Under the pieces are notes generated by a model. The model was not told the DNA's origin. It saw nothing but the letters and a program-made list of their open reading frames with translations, and made no database searches. DNA of 64,000 nucleotides from the NCBI GenBank assembly GCA_019828565.1, contig JAHDYR010000064.1:496001-560000 (forward strand). The letters run 5' to 3'. The number at the start of each line of letters is the position of its first letter. Positions within the stretch are counted from its first letter, which is position 1. Shown here piece after piece: positions 50,971 to 61,322 of this stretch. The DNA is from Carpediemonas membranifera BICM. Lineage: Eukaryota; Protista; Fornicata. The translations under genes and the position numbers were made by a program.

Positions 50971-53900
50971 TTATTTTACACTGGTGTGGTAGACGCTGTT
51001 GAGCGTCTTCAGACCCTTGATGAACTGCTCGGTCTGGGCAGATCCCTGCAGCTTCGTCCGCCGCCGGGTGGGAGGCCCACTCGGCTTCGTCCTCGAGGGA
51101 GTCGCCGAGGTCGGCCTGCTCAGTGGCTGTGACGGCAAAAGGTCTGCGATCGACACCGACGTCGTTGCAGGCCGGGCGGGCTTCTCCTGCTTCGGCGTGC
51201 GGGCGTTGGGTGTCGCGGGTGCGATCGTCCCAGACGACACGCCCTCCTGGTATGCCTGGGCGCGGCGGGCCCGCTCGGCCTTCCGGACTGCGGTCTTGTG
51301 CTTCTCGGTGGCCATCCGACCCATGTCCGTGACCATCTCGGTCACCTTGCCGAGCTCGATTCCGGTGTCGACGACGTCCAGCACCGAGTCTGAGATGCTG
51401 ACGAGCTGGGCGAGGCGGTCTGCCAGCCTCCGAACCGTCGGGGTGAACGGCGTGAGCAGGTCCGCGTACTGCAACGCGCTGGGGGCGGGGGGCAGCGACT
51501 CGTCGCCGTCGTCGGGCAGGTCAGTAAGGTCGGGCAGGGCCTGCGTGAAGAGCATCGACATGCGGTTGTCAAGCATCGCCTTCTCCTGCTCGATGGAGGC
51601 CCGCGTTTGCTGGTCCACGGCGAGCCAGACGGCGTCTTCGACAAGGTCAGCAGTGGCGGAGACGACGTCGATAACGTCCTCAAGCGTGGCCTCGACCTCG
51701 AGGAAGATGCGAGTGTCGACCGTCTGGACCAGCGCGGTCTCCACAGCCTCCTCGACGACGCACCGCATATCATCATACGTCGTCACGACGAATGCATCCT
51801 TGGCCAGCAGCTCCTTGAGCGTGAACTCGACGTCGAGCGCCTCCACGGGGGGCTCCTCCATCGCCACCTGCTCGGCCGGGCGGACGGACGGCAGGGGCTC
51901 GCTCTCCTCCCCGACGCCCAGCAGAGAGCGGACCACGGACTCGACGAGCTGCCACGCCTCGGCGGAGTTAGGAGCGCCGCGGGCAGGAACGGAGAGGCTG
52001 CGGTCCGTGGGCTTGGACCCGGGGTACGTCTGGTACAGCGCCATCAGGGGAGCGACGGTCTCGGCGAAGAAGAGCTTGAGCGCCATCTGCCCGTCGTCAG
52101 AGGCCACACGGCATGTGATGACGTCGAACAGGAAGGCGTTGGACACGCCACCGACGGCCGCGAGATGCCGCTCGTTGGCCTCCGCCAGCACCACAGGGGC
52201 GGGCTCATTGACATCGACGACGGACCTGCGGACGGCGTCGAGCACGGAAGGCATGCCCAAGGCGGCCCAGGCGTGCAGCTGCCCGAGCCACTGCATGGGC
52301 GTCCACACCATCTGGCGGGCCGCCAGCGCTTCACGGGCCAGCCGCACCGCACTGCCGTCGCCGGTGTTGCGGGCGAGCACGGTGGCCTGGCGGAGGGCGT
52401 CCTCGGCCCTGGCGATGTCCGCGCGGTACTGGGACAGGCGCAGGGTCTGGTGCCGCGTGGCGTAGTCGAGCTCGACAGCGGCCAGCGGTCTCCAGACATG
52501 GTTGGCCCGGACTGCGGCGGGCAGGGTGTTCGTCGTCCACACATGGACGAAGGGGATCACCTGCACCTGCTGCCCCTCGTCGACGGTGACCGGGTTGGCA
52601 TCGTAGAGCGCGCCCTCATCACCCCAGTCGGCGATCATGTCCTGTACGGCCACCATGAAGGCCTCCCGCAGCTTCTCCACGGCCCGCATGCGGACGGGCT
52701 CCATCGTGGCGTCGACAGGCAGGGCTGTGTCGGGTCCCTCCCGCTGCCGGTGGATGGAGATCGCCTGCACCCAGCCCCACATGTCCGCAGCCATCGGCGT
52801 GAACTCCGGGCCGATGCAGCCCGCCAGAGGGTACATGGGAAGTTGCCGCGACGTCGTGTCGACGAGCACGTAGTCCCCGTCGAGGTCGGACAGCAAGTTC
52901 ACCCGCGCCACGTGGACGCCGGGGGGCAAGTCGACGCCGGGCTGCCGTAGTCTCCAGTAGTCCTCGGCCGCCCGGATGAACCGGATGCCGTCAAACCCGG
53001 CGGGGAGGGCGTCCAGGTTGGCGTTCTTGGAGACGCCCATGTAGGTGTGGTAGAGGGCGAGCTCGGTCTCGGTGCAGCCGGCCCACGTCCCGCGGCTGAC
53101 CTTGTAGCCGAGCCCGTCCTTGGCGAGGCGACGCTTGGTCTTCTTGTCCTCGGGCTTGACCCCGCTGTTCTCGACCACGGTGAAGATGATCACCCGCACA
53201 GTGGCGTCCGGACTGGAGTGCTCTGGCTGGGTCGACGCGTCCTCGGCCTGCTGCCCACGTCCCCGGCCGTGCGGGTTGCACATCGTCACGACGCGGTCGT
53301 AGGCCATGCCCAGGTCCTTCCCGAGGTCCTTGGTCAGCTGTGTGAGGCTGGCCAGCAGCTTGCCGCGCATGTCCCCGTCGTCACCCGTCCGATCCGCCAT
53401 GGCTGCGATCGACGCGTCCCTGCCAGCCGACGCCCTTAGCCAGGCCTGGTCCTCGGGCGTCAGGTCGCCCATCGCCATCGGCCCCTCCGCCCCGGTCACC
53501 CGGACGGCAGGAAGGTTCCTCTCGCTGTCGATGAGTACGGTCTCGTCCGCCTCGTCCAGCACGAGCGCGGCGACGTACAGCCCTGGTTCCCACGGCGTAC
53601 GGACAGTGCCCTTCTGTGCGGCGACGAGCTCGTCGACGTGGAATTCCGGGGGGAAGGACATGGGCGCCAGGGAAGGCCGGCCGGACGGCCCAGACGGGTA
53701 CAGCGAGCACAGCGAGTCCAGCGCACGCAGCTCCGCCTTCAGCTGGGCCAGCTTAGCCATCAGAGCCTCTGCGCCGCTCCTGGCGTTGGGCTGCAGTGAC
53801 GCGGCCTTCGTCTGGAGCCGCTCGAGGATGCCCGGGGCGTCGGGGTCGTCCCGGGACAGGGCAGACGCGATCGTGCCCCGGAACGCGTCGCCGTGCTTCC

Positions 53901-54921
53901 ACGGGAGGATGATGAGCTGCTCCACGGCCGTGACGATGTTGGACGCGACGGCGACGTGCCCGCCGATGTCGTGGACGCCCGCTATCGCCTCCAGCTCGGC
54001 AGCCAGTGACGTGGTGAGCAGGTTACGGGCCTCGTTGTTGCGGACGATGCGCCGTACGCGAAGCAGCGCCTTCCGCCGGAGCACCTGATCGACCGGGAGG
54101 TTCTTAATGCGGGAAACCTCGTCCTCCAGGGCCGATGGGGGCAGGGGCGCGGGCTGGGCGACTGTCAGCTCGTAGTTGTCGTCTAGCCGACTCTGGGCGA
54201 AGTCGACCGATGTCATGCGGGTTAGCAGCTTGGCGCTGACGGTGCCCTCGGAGTACATGTAGTGCAGGGCGACCGCCAGGGCCTTACACATGACTGCCCG
54301 GGCGGGGGCCTTCATGGTCACCGTGAACCTCGCGTCGTCGATGCTCAGCTCGAGTCGGTGCATCTCCTTCGTCTCGAGGTCCTCGTCTGAAACCACGCTG
54401 AAGCGAGTCAACAGGGGGACCGCTGCGTGGATGGCCGCACTGGCCTTGGCCTTGGGGTCGATGAAGAACAAGGCGTATGCGCCGCTCCAGTCCCGCGCCA
54501 CCGTTAGTGCATACGGCGTGTCGAGGGCAAACGCGGTCTCCGAGGGCGACACGAACCATGCGTCGGACGCCTTCTCGTCAGGGTCAGTGTCGAGGCGAGG
54601 GGCGTTGCCAATTGACTCTATCGTGGCCATCTCGGCGGCCAGCACGTGCATCTCACCGAGGCCAGGGACAGAGAATAGCTTGTCCTCGATCTCGTTGGCT
54701 AGATTCGTGCGGACAAGTGCATGTGCTTGAATATCGGGAGAAAGATCGACAGGAGCGTCTATAAGAGAGAAATTAGCGAATTTGACGAGACTTTTGTCCT
54801 CTTCCTCCTCCATGGCGGAAACGAGAGTTGAACGAGACGTGAATGTGGCATTACTGGATCGTACAGAGTGCCGCAAGAGACTCTGATGCCGTTGTGCGGC
54901 TCGGGAACCGCGGGTACTCAT
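50971..54921 (-). CDS. Large hypothetical protein with an ANKFN1/Wake-like conserved region
   Basis: ~1316 aa; PGLYVAALV...LPAVRV, RGKLLASLTQL...LGMAYDRVV and LPPGVHVA. Confidence 0.6.
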   Translation of the reverse strand: MSTRGSRAAQRHQSLLRHSVRSSNATFTSRSTLVSAMEEEEDKSLVKFANFSLIDAPVDLSPDIQAHALVRTNLANEIEDKLFSVPGLGEMHVLAAEMATIESIGNAPRLDTDPDEKASDAWFVSPSETAFALDTPYALTVARDWSGAYALFFIDPKAKASAAIHAAVPLLTRFSVVSDEDLETKEMHRLELSIDDARFTVTMKAPARAVMCKALAVALHYMYSEGTVSAKLLTRMTSVDFAQSRLDDNYELTVAQPAPLPPSALEDEVSRIKNLPVDQVLRRKALLRVRRIVRNNEARNLLTTSLAAELEAIAGVHDIGGHVAVASNIVTAVEQLIILPWKHGDAFRGTIASALSRDDPDAPGILERLQTKAASLQPNARSGAEALMAKLAQLKAELRALDSLCSLYPSGPSGRPSLAPMSFPPEFHVDELVAAQKGTVRTPWEPGLYVAALVLDEADETVLIDSERNLPAVRVTGAEGPMAMGDLTPEDQAWLRASAGRDASIAAMADRTGDDGDMRGKLLASLTQLTKDLGKDLGMAYDRVVTMCNPHGRGRGQQAEDASTQPEHSSPDATVRVIIFTVVENSGVKPEDKKTKRRLAKDGLGYKVSRGTWAGCTETELALYHTYMGVSKNANLDALPAGFDGIRFIRAAEDYWRLRQPGVDLPPGVHVARVNLLSDLDGDYVLVDTTSRQLPMYPLAGCIGPEFTPMAADMWGWVQAISIHRQREGPDTALPVDATMEPVRMRAVEKLREAFMVAVQDMIADWGDEGALYDANPVTVDEGQQVQVIPFVHVWTTNTLPAAVRANHVWRPLAAVELDYATRHQTLRLSQYRADIARAEDALRQATVLARNTGDGSAVRLAREALAARQMVWTPMQWLGQLHAWAALGMPSVLDAVRRSVVDVNEPAPVVLAEANERHLAAVGGVSNAFLFDVITCRVASDDGQMALKLFFAETVAPLMALYQTYPGSKPTDRSLSVPARGAPNSAEAWQLVESVVRSLLGVGEESEPLPSVRPAEQVAMEEPPVEALDVEFTLKELLAKDAFVVTTYDDMRCVVEEAVETALVQTVDTRIFLEVEATLEDVIDVVSATADLVEDAVWLAVDQQTRASIEQEKAMLDNRMSMLFTQALPDLTDLPDDGDESLPPAPSALQYADLLTPFTPTVRRLADRLAQLVSISDSVLDVVDTGIELGKVTEMVTDMGRMATEKHKTAVRKAERARRAQAYQEGVSSGTIAPATPNARTPKQEKPARPATTSVSIADLLPSQPLSRPTSATPSRTKPSGPPTRRRTKLQGSAQTEQFIKGLKTLNSVYHTSVK

Positions 54922-55310
54922 CAAGTCTTGGTTTTGCAAGAATTCGAGCAGAATATGTCCAGTCGCGCCGGACTTGACCTGAGTACCGCTGTACCATGAT
55001 GAAGTATGCAGCCGACTAACCTTGCTGGTGCCGATTTATAACATTGGAGTATTTCGTTTTGTCACATTTGCGCAAACAATAAAGGTAAATGTTCATAAAT
55101 CCTCATTCCTGACCCTGTAACGCCGCAGCCGACTGGCAAACTGCGCCACATTCCGATTACATGATTACCAGCACGGATGTCAGGGAACTGTCGCCGTTGG
55201 AACAGCCGTGAATTCTCCGTGAAGCCCGCCCGACGGTGAGGGCATGAAGGCGACGCAGCTCGAGATGAATGACAGACCCACACGCTGCCTGAGGGTGAGG
55301 ACACCCCGCC

Positions 55311-56003
55311 TCACTCGAACAGGCTGAGCAGGTCATTCGTCGTCACGCTCGCCTGCCGCCCGGCCCTCAGCGCCTGGACCCGCTCGTGCTTGGCCGCGGC
55401 GACCCACTTCTGCCTGTCCTCCTCCCGCGCGGTCGCCACGGACAGCGCCACGTCGAGCTCTTGTAGCTGCCCCCGTAGCGCTTCGGCCCTGGCACTCCGC
55501 TGGGCCGCGTGCCGGGCGTGGAGGGAGTCGAAGGAGGGCAAGAAGGCACGCCTGTATGCCTCGGCCTCGGCGGTCGTCTGCCGCTTCTCGGTGAGATACT
55601 TCTCCGACTGCTGCGCCTCCCGATCCCCCAACGTGGCCTCGAGGTTCTTCAGATTCTGTGATATCTCGCCATTGATGTCCTTTAGGCGAGCGTTGAGGTC
55701 TGAAACGGGGCCGAAGTCCGCCTTCTCGCTTTGGTTCTTGATGTCGTTGATCGCAACAAGCGCGCCTTTCACTAACTGACCTTCTAAGTTAGTATGCTTT
55801 GTAAGATCGGCAACAGTGACCTCAGATGCCCGGCACAAGACGCCTGTTTTCGCAACGCTTGCTATTTCCGTGCAAAACGCGGTTACTGCGGATTTGGTTT
55901 GGGGTACGAGGTTAATCGACCGATTAATCGGCTTTGTAATCGGTCTAGTGCCGTTTTGGCTGTTTAATTGTGGCTGAGGCTTCCTTGCCACGGCTGTGCT
56001 CAT
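55311..56003 (-). CDS. Hypothetical coiled-coil protein (230 aa)
   Basis: ATG-initiated ORF with helical composition. Confidence 0.65.
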   Translation of the reverse strand: MSTAVARKPQPQLNSQNGTRPITKPINRSINLVPQTKSAVTAFCTEIASVAKTGVLCRASEVTVADLTKHTNLEGQLVKGALVAINDIKNQSEKADFGPVSDLNARLKDINGEISQNLKNLEATLGDREAQQSEKYLTEKRQTTAEAEAYRRAFLPSFDSLHARHAAQRSARAEALRGQLQELDVALSVATAREEDRQKWVAAAKHERVQALRAGRQASVTTNDLLSLFE

Positions 56004-56314
56004 TCTCTGACTGACTGAGGTTTAAACTGTCGATTTACGCGTATACATACCCGGCGACACCCCGGTGCCGCAGGTGCAGGCCAGGGTGAATGCTTAACCG
56101 GCATATGGAAGGAGCCAGTGACGTTTGCCGGCTGTTCCGCGGCATGATTGTGCCGGAGAGTTCCGGCCATTGAAAGGTCGGCATTCCTGGATCTTTACAG
56201 AAGAACGAGAAGAGGAGCAAGGCTAGCCGCTACAGCCCTGGAGAACCGCAAAGATGGCACCGGGTGCAACACAGCCAGTAAAAGAGTCGGCGGCGATGGA
56301 TTCAGGACCTCAAT

Positions 56315-56892
56315 GGAGATATTGAAAGAGGACTATCCCATAAAGCTCCCACTCCTCACCAGCGATAATGAGGGTTCGGACTCCGGCGACTCGGGTGACC
56401 CGTGGGGCTCGGACGACAGCCAGGAGCTTGCCGGCGGTGAACTCGAGGAAGAAGACTGGCAGTCATTGGACCCACTACCCACGGATCCGGATGGCGATCG
56501 GCCCGCGAGTGACTTCGTGGAGCCCGACGAGGTGGACCCCGACGCGACTGAGGTCGACTCAGAGCCCGACGATCCAGGGGACAGACCGGCAGCCATGTTC
56601 CGGCGCTTCACCATGGCGATAGATCTCCCCGCAGTGGCGAATCAGCTGACCATCGACCTGGTGAAGAGCAAAATCCCAGGACAGCTCGCGGAGTCGACGA
56701 TCACGAACTACTGCCGCCAACGCAACTTGCCGCGGATGTGCCACCTGTGTGGGGCGTGTTTCCGCCCGACGGGTCACCACACGGGATCCATGCCGCGGTC
56801 ACGCGACACTTCCCAAGGAGCACGGGCACACGCGCACAGATCCCCGCCACGACACGCGAAAGGGAGATATTGAAAGAGGTCTATCCCATAAA
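56315..56892 (+). mobile_element. 518-bp inserted coding fragment flanked by 30-bp direct repeats
   Basis: GGAGATATTGAAAGAGG(A/T)CTATCCCATAAA at 56315-56344 and 56863-56892. The interior encodes an acidic tract and a CxxC...H motif. Confidence 0.6.
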
Positions 56893-56909
56893 CAGACGCT
56901 ACACCATCT

Positions 56910-59456
56910 TTACTCAAGCAAGTCGGGCTTCTTCACGACGACGAAGCCGTGGCTTGACAGCCCGTGGACGACCTCGAAGCCCTCGACCTCGACGTGGAAC
57001 TGCCCATCGGCAACATGCGGGGGGATGCGGGCGGGGAGTTTGTCCTTGAACTCCTTGGCGTCCGGTTCTGGGCCCGTCATGTCGACGTCGGCCTCCTCAT
57101 CGGGCTTGGCGTCCTCCTCCTTGGCCTCCTCACCAGCCCCGTTCCTAGCAACGGACAGCGTCGCCCTGACCCGCTTGGTGAGCTTCTTCTTGACCTCCAG
57201 CTCGACAAACTTGGGGTATGCGACGGCCACGGGCGGCAGGTCTACCCTGAGAGTCCCCTCGGGCACGTCACCGGTGACCGTGACGGGGAGGGCCATGCGG
57301 GGTGTGTAGCCGAGCGTCAGGAACATCGCGTTCATGTGGTTGTCTGGGTACTGGGCGAAGAGCATCGCCGCCGCGAACCCGCGGGATGACGGGCGGCCGT
57401 TCTCCCGCTGGAGGCTGAACGACGCGTTACATCCGCCGGCGTTGATGATGCCGCAGGAGATGATGGCGCCGTACCGCGTGAGGCGCTCCTCGTAGCGGTC
57501 CTTGGCGATGTCGAGCAGCTTGTTGATGCCCCTGTCGGCCGTCAGCTTCGATTCGGGCGCCTGCATGAGCACCATGCTCTGGGCGACCAGTGCGGCCTGT
57601 CTGACGTGGTCCGCGCTGTCGGCCCCGAGCACGGCGAGCAGCTTCAGCACCTCATCGTCCGCCGTGCCCGCCTTGGTCAGCCCGAGCACCATCGCGGCCC
57701 CGGCCCTGGCGTGTGAGTTGTAGGACCGTGCGAGGGGCGAGACCGTGTCGACAACGTTGTCGGGGGTGAGGATGAACGCCATGGCCGTCACGGCGGCCCG
57801 GCGGGTGTCGTCGCTGTTGTCCGACACCGTGATGTGCAGCAGGCGCCGGGTCTGGGCGAGGTTGCCGGTGCAGGCGTGGGCCAGCCCAATCATCCAGGCG
57901 GCGGCCTCGCGGGCGAGGGCGTGGGGGGATTCGAGCAGGTCCGCGATGACGGGCTCAGGCGTGGTCCGGGCGTCGAACGACATCAGGCCGAGGGCGAGGG
58001 CCAGGGCGCGGGCGATGCGGGTGTGGGAGGTGTTGCCGATGAAGTCCGCCATCCACCGTGCGAGGTCGGCGTCGAAGTGGCCCATCATGACCAGGCCGAT
58101 AGCCATGCCCGCTGCCTCACCGAGCAGCGCGTCGCCGAGGTTGAGGTAGTCCTTGATGCGCTCGACGAGGGTCGTGTCGGCCGTCCCCATCATCATCAGG
58201 CCGAGCCCGGTCACCGCGCCCTGCAGGACGGTGGTGTTGCCGCCGCACGAGTCCATGACGCCGATGACGGTGTCAAGGACGTCGTTGTTGGGCGCCTGGA
58301 AGTAGACCATGCCGAGGGCGACGAGGGCGCCGCCGCTGTTGTGCTCGCGGTCCTGGTCGAACGACGTCTCCCCGAGGGCCGGCAGGTGAGACTTCAGGAT
58401 GCCCATGCCCCGCGCCGTGTCGCCAGCGTGGATGGCGCCGAGGGACGCGATGGCCGCGAACCGGGCTCTGAACTTGACGCTGGCCAGCCAGCCCAGCTTC
58501 TCCCGGAGGAAGCCATCGTTGCCCGTACGGCCGCACTGGAGGGCGTTGGCGACAACAAGGCCGGTCTGGAAGAGACTGCGCTTGCTGGGGACGGAGGAGA
58601 AGAGGCGGGGCACGAGGTTCGGGTCGACGTGTGCCCGGTCGACGAAGAGGTGCTTCTTCACCAGCCCCTCGGTCGTCTCGGGCTTGAGGACGTCCACGAT
58701 GGCCGGGCCGATCGCCATGTCGGGGCAGGAGAGGGCGAGCGCCTCGAAGACGCCAGACATCTCCTCGAGCACGGAGGGCTCAACCAGCTGGGTCGTGTCG
58801 TACGCAATGGCGAGTGCGAGCGGGGCGTCGGTCATGGCGCACTCCAATAGCTCCTCGCAGTACCTCTCGAGGTCTCTGAGGTGAATGAGGACGGAGAGAC
58901 GCTCCCGGGCGGTCATGTCATGGGCCCGGGACGACAGCTCGCCGTGGATCGTGCGCAGGAGGACAACACGACGCTCGGGGTCGGACTCGGCTAGGGCCTG
59001 CTCGGTGGCGAACTTGAGGGCTGCGATGGCTCTGTCGGGCTGCATCCAGTCGAGGACGGTGGTGATCAGGTCGACGCGGCCGACCTCGATCGCCATGCCG
59101 AGGCTGCTGAACCACTGAGACTCGTGGACGATGGAGTCGGCGAACATGCGGTCGAACACGGGCTGCAGGGCGGCGTCGCGGGTAGCGAGGTACTTGGTGA
59201 TCACTGCACTGAGGATGCCGTGCTCGATGCCGCCATGGACGGCGAAGAGGCGTGAAAAGGCAATAACAGCGTATTCGACTGCCTCATCGATGTTGCTGTT
59301 GAAGTAGGCGACGATTGAGAGCACATGAGCGGCGATCTCGGCGAGCTGTTTATCAGCTGACTGCGTGGCCGCCTTGATAGTCTTCAGTTCCTCGTCAGAT
59401 AGCAGGAACCATGTTGTTTCGATGTCCTGAAGCTTTGCTTCCAATTCTTGGATCAT
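56910..59456 (-). CDS. RPN2: 26S proteasome regulatory subunit Rpn2/PSMD1
   Basis: FLREKLGWL, RFAAIASLGAIH, PC repeats, RRLLHITVSDNSDDTRRAAV, SYNSHARAG and GIINAGGCN. Confidence 0.9.
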   Translation of the reverse strand: MIQELEAKLQDIETTWFLLSDEELKTIKAATQSADKQLAEIAAHVLSIVAYFNSNIDEAVEYAVIAFSRLFAVHGGIEHGILSAVITKYLATRDAALQPVFDRMFADSIVHESQWFSSLGMAIEVGRVDLITTVLDWMQPDRAIAALKFATEQALAESDPERRVVLLRTIHGELSSRAHDMTARERLSVLIHLRDLERYCEELLECAMTDAPLALAIAYDTTQLVEPSVLEEMSGVFEALALSCPDMAIGPAIVDVLKPETTEGLVKKHLFVDRAHVDPNLVPRLFSSVPSKRSLFQTGLVVANALQCGRTGNDGFLREKLGWLASVKFRARFAAIASLGAIHAGDTARGMGILKSHLPALGETSFDQDREHNSGGALVALGMVYFQAPNNDVLDTVIGVMDSCGGNTTVLQGAVTGLGLMMMGTADTTLVERIKDYLNLGDALLGEAAGMAIGLVMMGHFDADLARWMADFIGNTSHTRIARALALALGLMSFDARTTPEPVIADLLESPHALAREAAAWMIGLAHACTGNLAQTRRLLHITVSDNSDDTRRAAVTAMAFILTPDNVVDTVSPLARSYNSHARAGAAMVLGLTKAGTADDEVLKLLAVLGADSADHVRQAALVAQSMVLMQAPESKLTADRGINKLLDIAKDRYEERLTRYGAIISCGIINAGGCNASFSLQRENGRPSSRGFAAAMLFAQYPDNHMNAMFLTLGYTPRMALPVTVTGDVPEGTLRVDLPPVAVAYPKFVELEVKKKLTKRVRATLSVARNGAGEEAKEEDAKPDEEADVDMTGPEPDAKEFKDKLPARIPPHVADGQFHVEVEGFEVVHGLSSHGFVVVKKPDLLE

Positions 59457-59735
59457 CGTAATGTGTCACTGGATTGATGACCCGACGCGAGTCAACCACG
59501 GCCCCGGTACTCGCCCCAGCCACGTGGCGATCTTTATCGAGTGGTCCTTAATACACCCCTTTGCCGTCCTCCACAGACAGGAGACCTGCACGCAGGAGAG
59601 TCACCCAGGCATGCTTTCTGCTTTAATGAGCACACCTGTACACAATGGTCATGATGATCATACGCTCTCCCATGCCACACAGCTCCCCAAAGCTCGTTGT
59701 TTGAAGTCTGCACTTTAGGAGGCTCGCTCGAAAAG

Positions 59736-61286
59736 ATGGAGGTCATTGTGCCCCCTTCGTCAGCGGATGAACAAATCAAGACCCCCTGGCGTGCATCTGA
59801 TACCAGCTATGCGCTAGGCTTCACTACACGGCGTGTACCCTTCGGCTCGACGTTCAAATTCAAGATATTCCTCCAGTTCGCTCGCATCATCGAGGATTCG
59901 ACCTTCTTCATCTCATCCTGTGCCATATCATTCACATCGTTACCCCCAATTCTCCTTGAGGCGTCAGACTTCGCTGCCGAGGAGGACAATATCTTCTCCT
60001 ACGAAAGGTCCTTCCCCGCAGACACCGTGGGCGCCACAAGCGTCACCTCCATGGACGTATCAGTGGTGGCAGACGGCGAGACGTTTGACATCAACGTCGC
60101 CCCCCAGGCCCAGGCGGGACCGGCCCTCGTAGTGCCCCCGTGTCAGCCGTTTGGGGTGCTCTTCCCCACGGTGCACACCATACGGCCACCCCTAGACCCG
60201 GCGGTCACTGTGGAAATCCCCAAGACCATCTTCATGAACGAGTGGACGCCCCTCGTGGTGACGTCGATGATTGGGCGGGGGTCTGCCACAAAGCCCAAGC
60301 TCACCGTCTTCATCAAGACGACCCCGTCCGCAACGGTCTACTGCGGCCGGCTGGACTCCGAGGGCAAGCAGACCACTCCCACGAAGGTGTACCAGGGCCA
60401 GCAGATGGGCATAGACATCGGCGACTTCGCATCAGGCAGGGAGCTCGACCGCCTCGCCGTGATGGTCGAGGCCCAATGTCACGTGGAGGTCGTAGCCCGT
60501 CTCAAGGTGTCGTCGGACGCGCCGGGGGACATGAGCCTGCAGACTGCGGAGTGCACCGCGACGAGCGAGGCCGTGCAAGCCTTCACCATCGGCACGCGAC
60601 TGCAGACAAGGGCGCTGAACTTCGTCAAGGTGCCGGATGGGCTATGTCTCGACCGGACAGACGTCGCCCTGTACACGCTGACGATGTGCCGCCAGACGGA
60701 GGGCATCGAGGTCATGGACGTCGCGTTCAGCAGGCCAGGCGTCACGGCGCTCACACCGTCGTCGTTCCCTCTCGCCAGGACGTCTGTGTTCGCTGCTCGG
60801 GCAGCAAACTCGGGGCCGGCGACGGAAAAGGACGTCGACGACAACCAGACAGCCGTCGTGACCTGGCGCCGCACCGACGGAGCAGGGAGGGCGCTCGTCT
60901 CGACGACCACGGTGGCACTGCCGCCCGTGCATTTTATGACGATGCCGGTGACGATAGCGGCCACGTACCCCGTCGCAGCGGCGGGGGGCACCATGATCAC
61001 CGTCCACATCCACGTGGAGGCGAGGCCGGGCCTGACGGTCACGGGGCAGCTCACGGCGTCGCCCTCGCGGTCCTTCATGATATCGGGGCCCCGGGAGGTG
61101 AGCACCGCCCTCGTCCCTGGTGCGAGCAGCGCCGTGTGGGACCTGCAACTGCTACCCCTGAAGACGGGGGACCTTGACCTGCCGCACATCGCGTTCACGA
61201 CGAACAGCACGAACGTCGTCCGCCCGATGAAGGTTGTCGGCAAGCCTGTAGAGCTGCAGGCCCTGGGACGGATTCGCGTCGATTGA
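59736..61286 (+). CDS. Hypothetical Ig-like beta protein, possibly TRAPPC11/gryzun C-terminal-like
   Basis: Beta-rich; FMISGPR...LLPLKTGDLDLPHI resembles the C-terminus of large TRAPP subunits. Confidence 0.5.
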   Translation: MEVIVPPSSADEQIKTPWRASDTSYALGFTTRRVPFGSTFKFKIFLQFARIIEDSTFFISSCAISFTSLPPILLEASDFAAEEDNIFSYERSFPADTVGATSVTSMDVSVVADGETFDINVAPQAQAGPALVVPPCQPFGVLFPTVHTIRPPLDPAVTVEIPKTIFMNEWTPLVVTSMIGRGSATKPKLTVFIKTTPSATVYCGRLDSEGKQTTPTKVYQGQQMGIDIGDFASGRELDRLAVMVEAQCHVEVVARLKVSSDAPGDMSLQTAECTATSEAVQAFTIGTRLQTRALNFVKVPDGLCLDRTDVALYTLTMCRQTEGIEVMDVAFSRPGVTALTPSSFPLARTSVFAARAANSGPATEKDVDDNQTAVVTWRRTDGAGRALVSTTTVALPPVHFMTMPVTIAATYPVAAAGGTMITVHIHVEARPGLTVTGQLTASPSRSFMISGPREVSTALVPGASSAVWDLQLLPLKTGDLDLPHIAFTTNSTNVVRPMKVVGKPVELQALGRIRVD

Positions 61287-61322
61287 GTGTATTTATAAAC
61301 CCCTAGCCGATAAATGCCGTGT

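Noticed and set aside
54996-55111. Possible C/D snoRNA
   Set aside because: Boxes are present, but there is no terminal stem or convincing guide complementarity.
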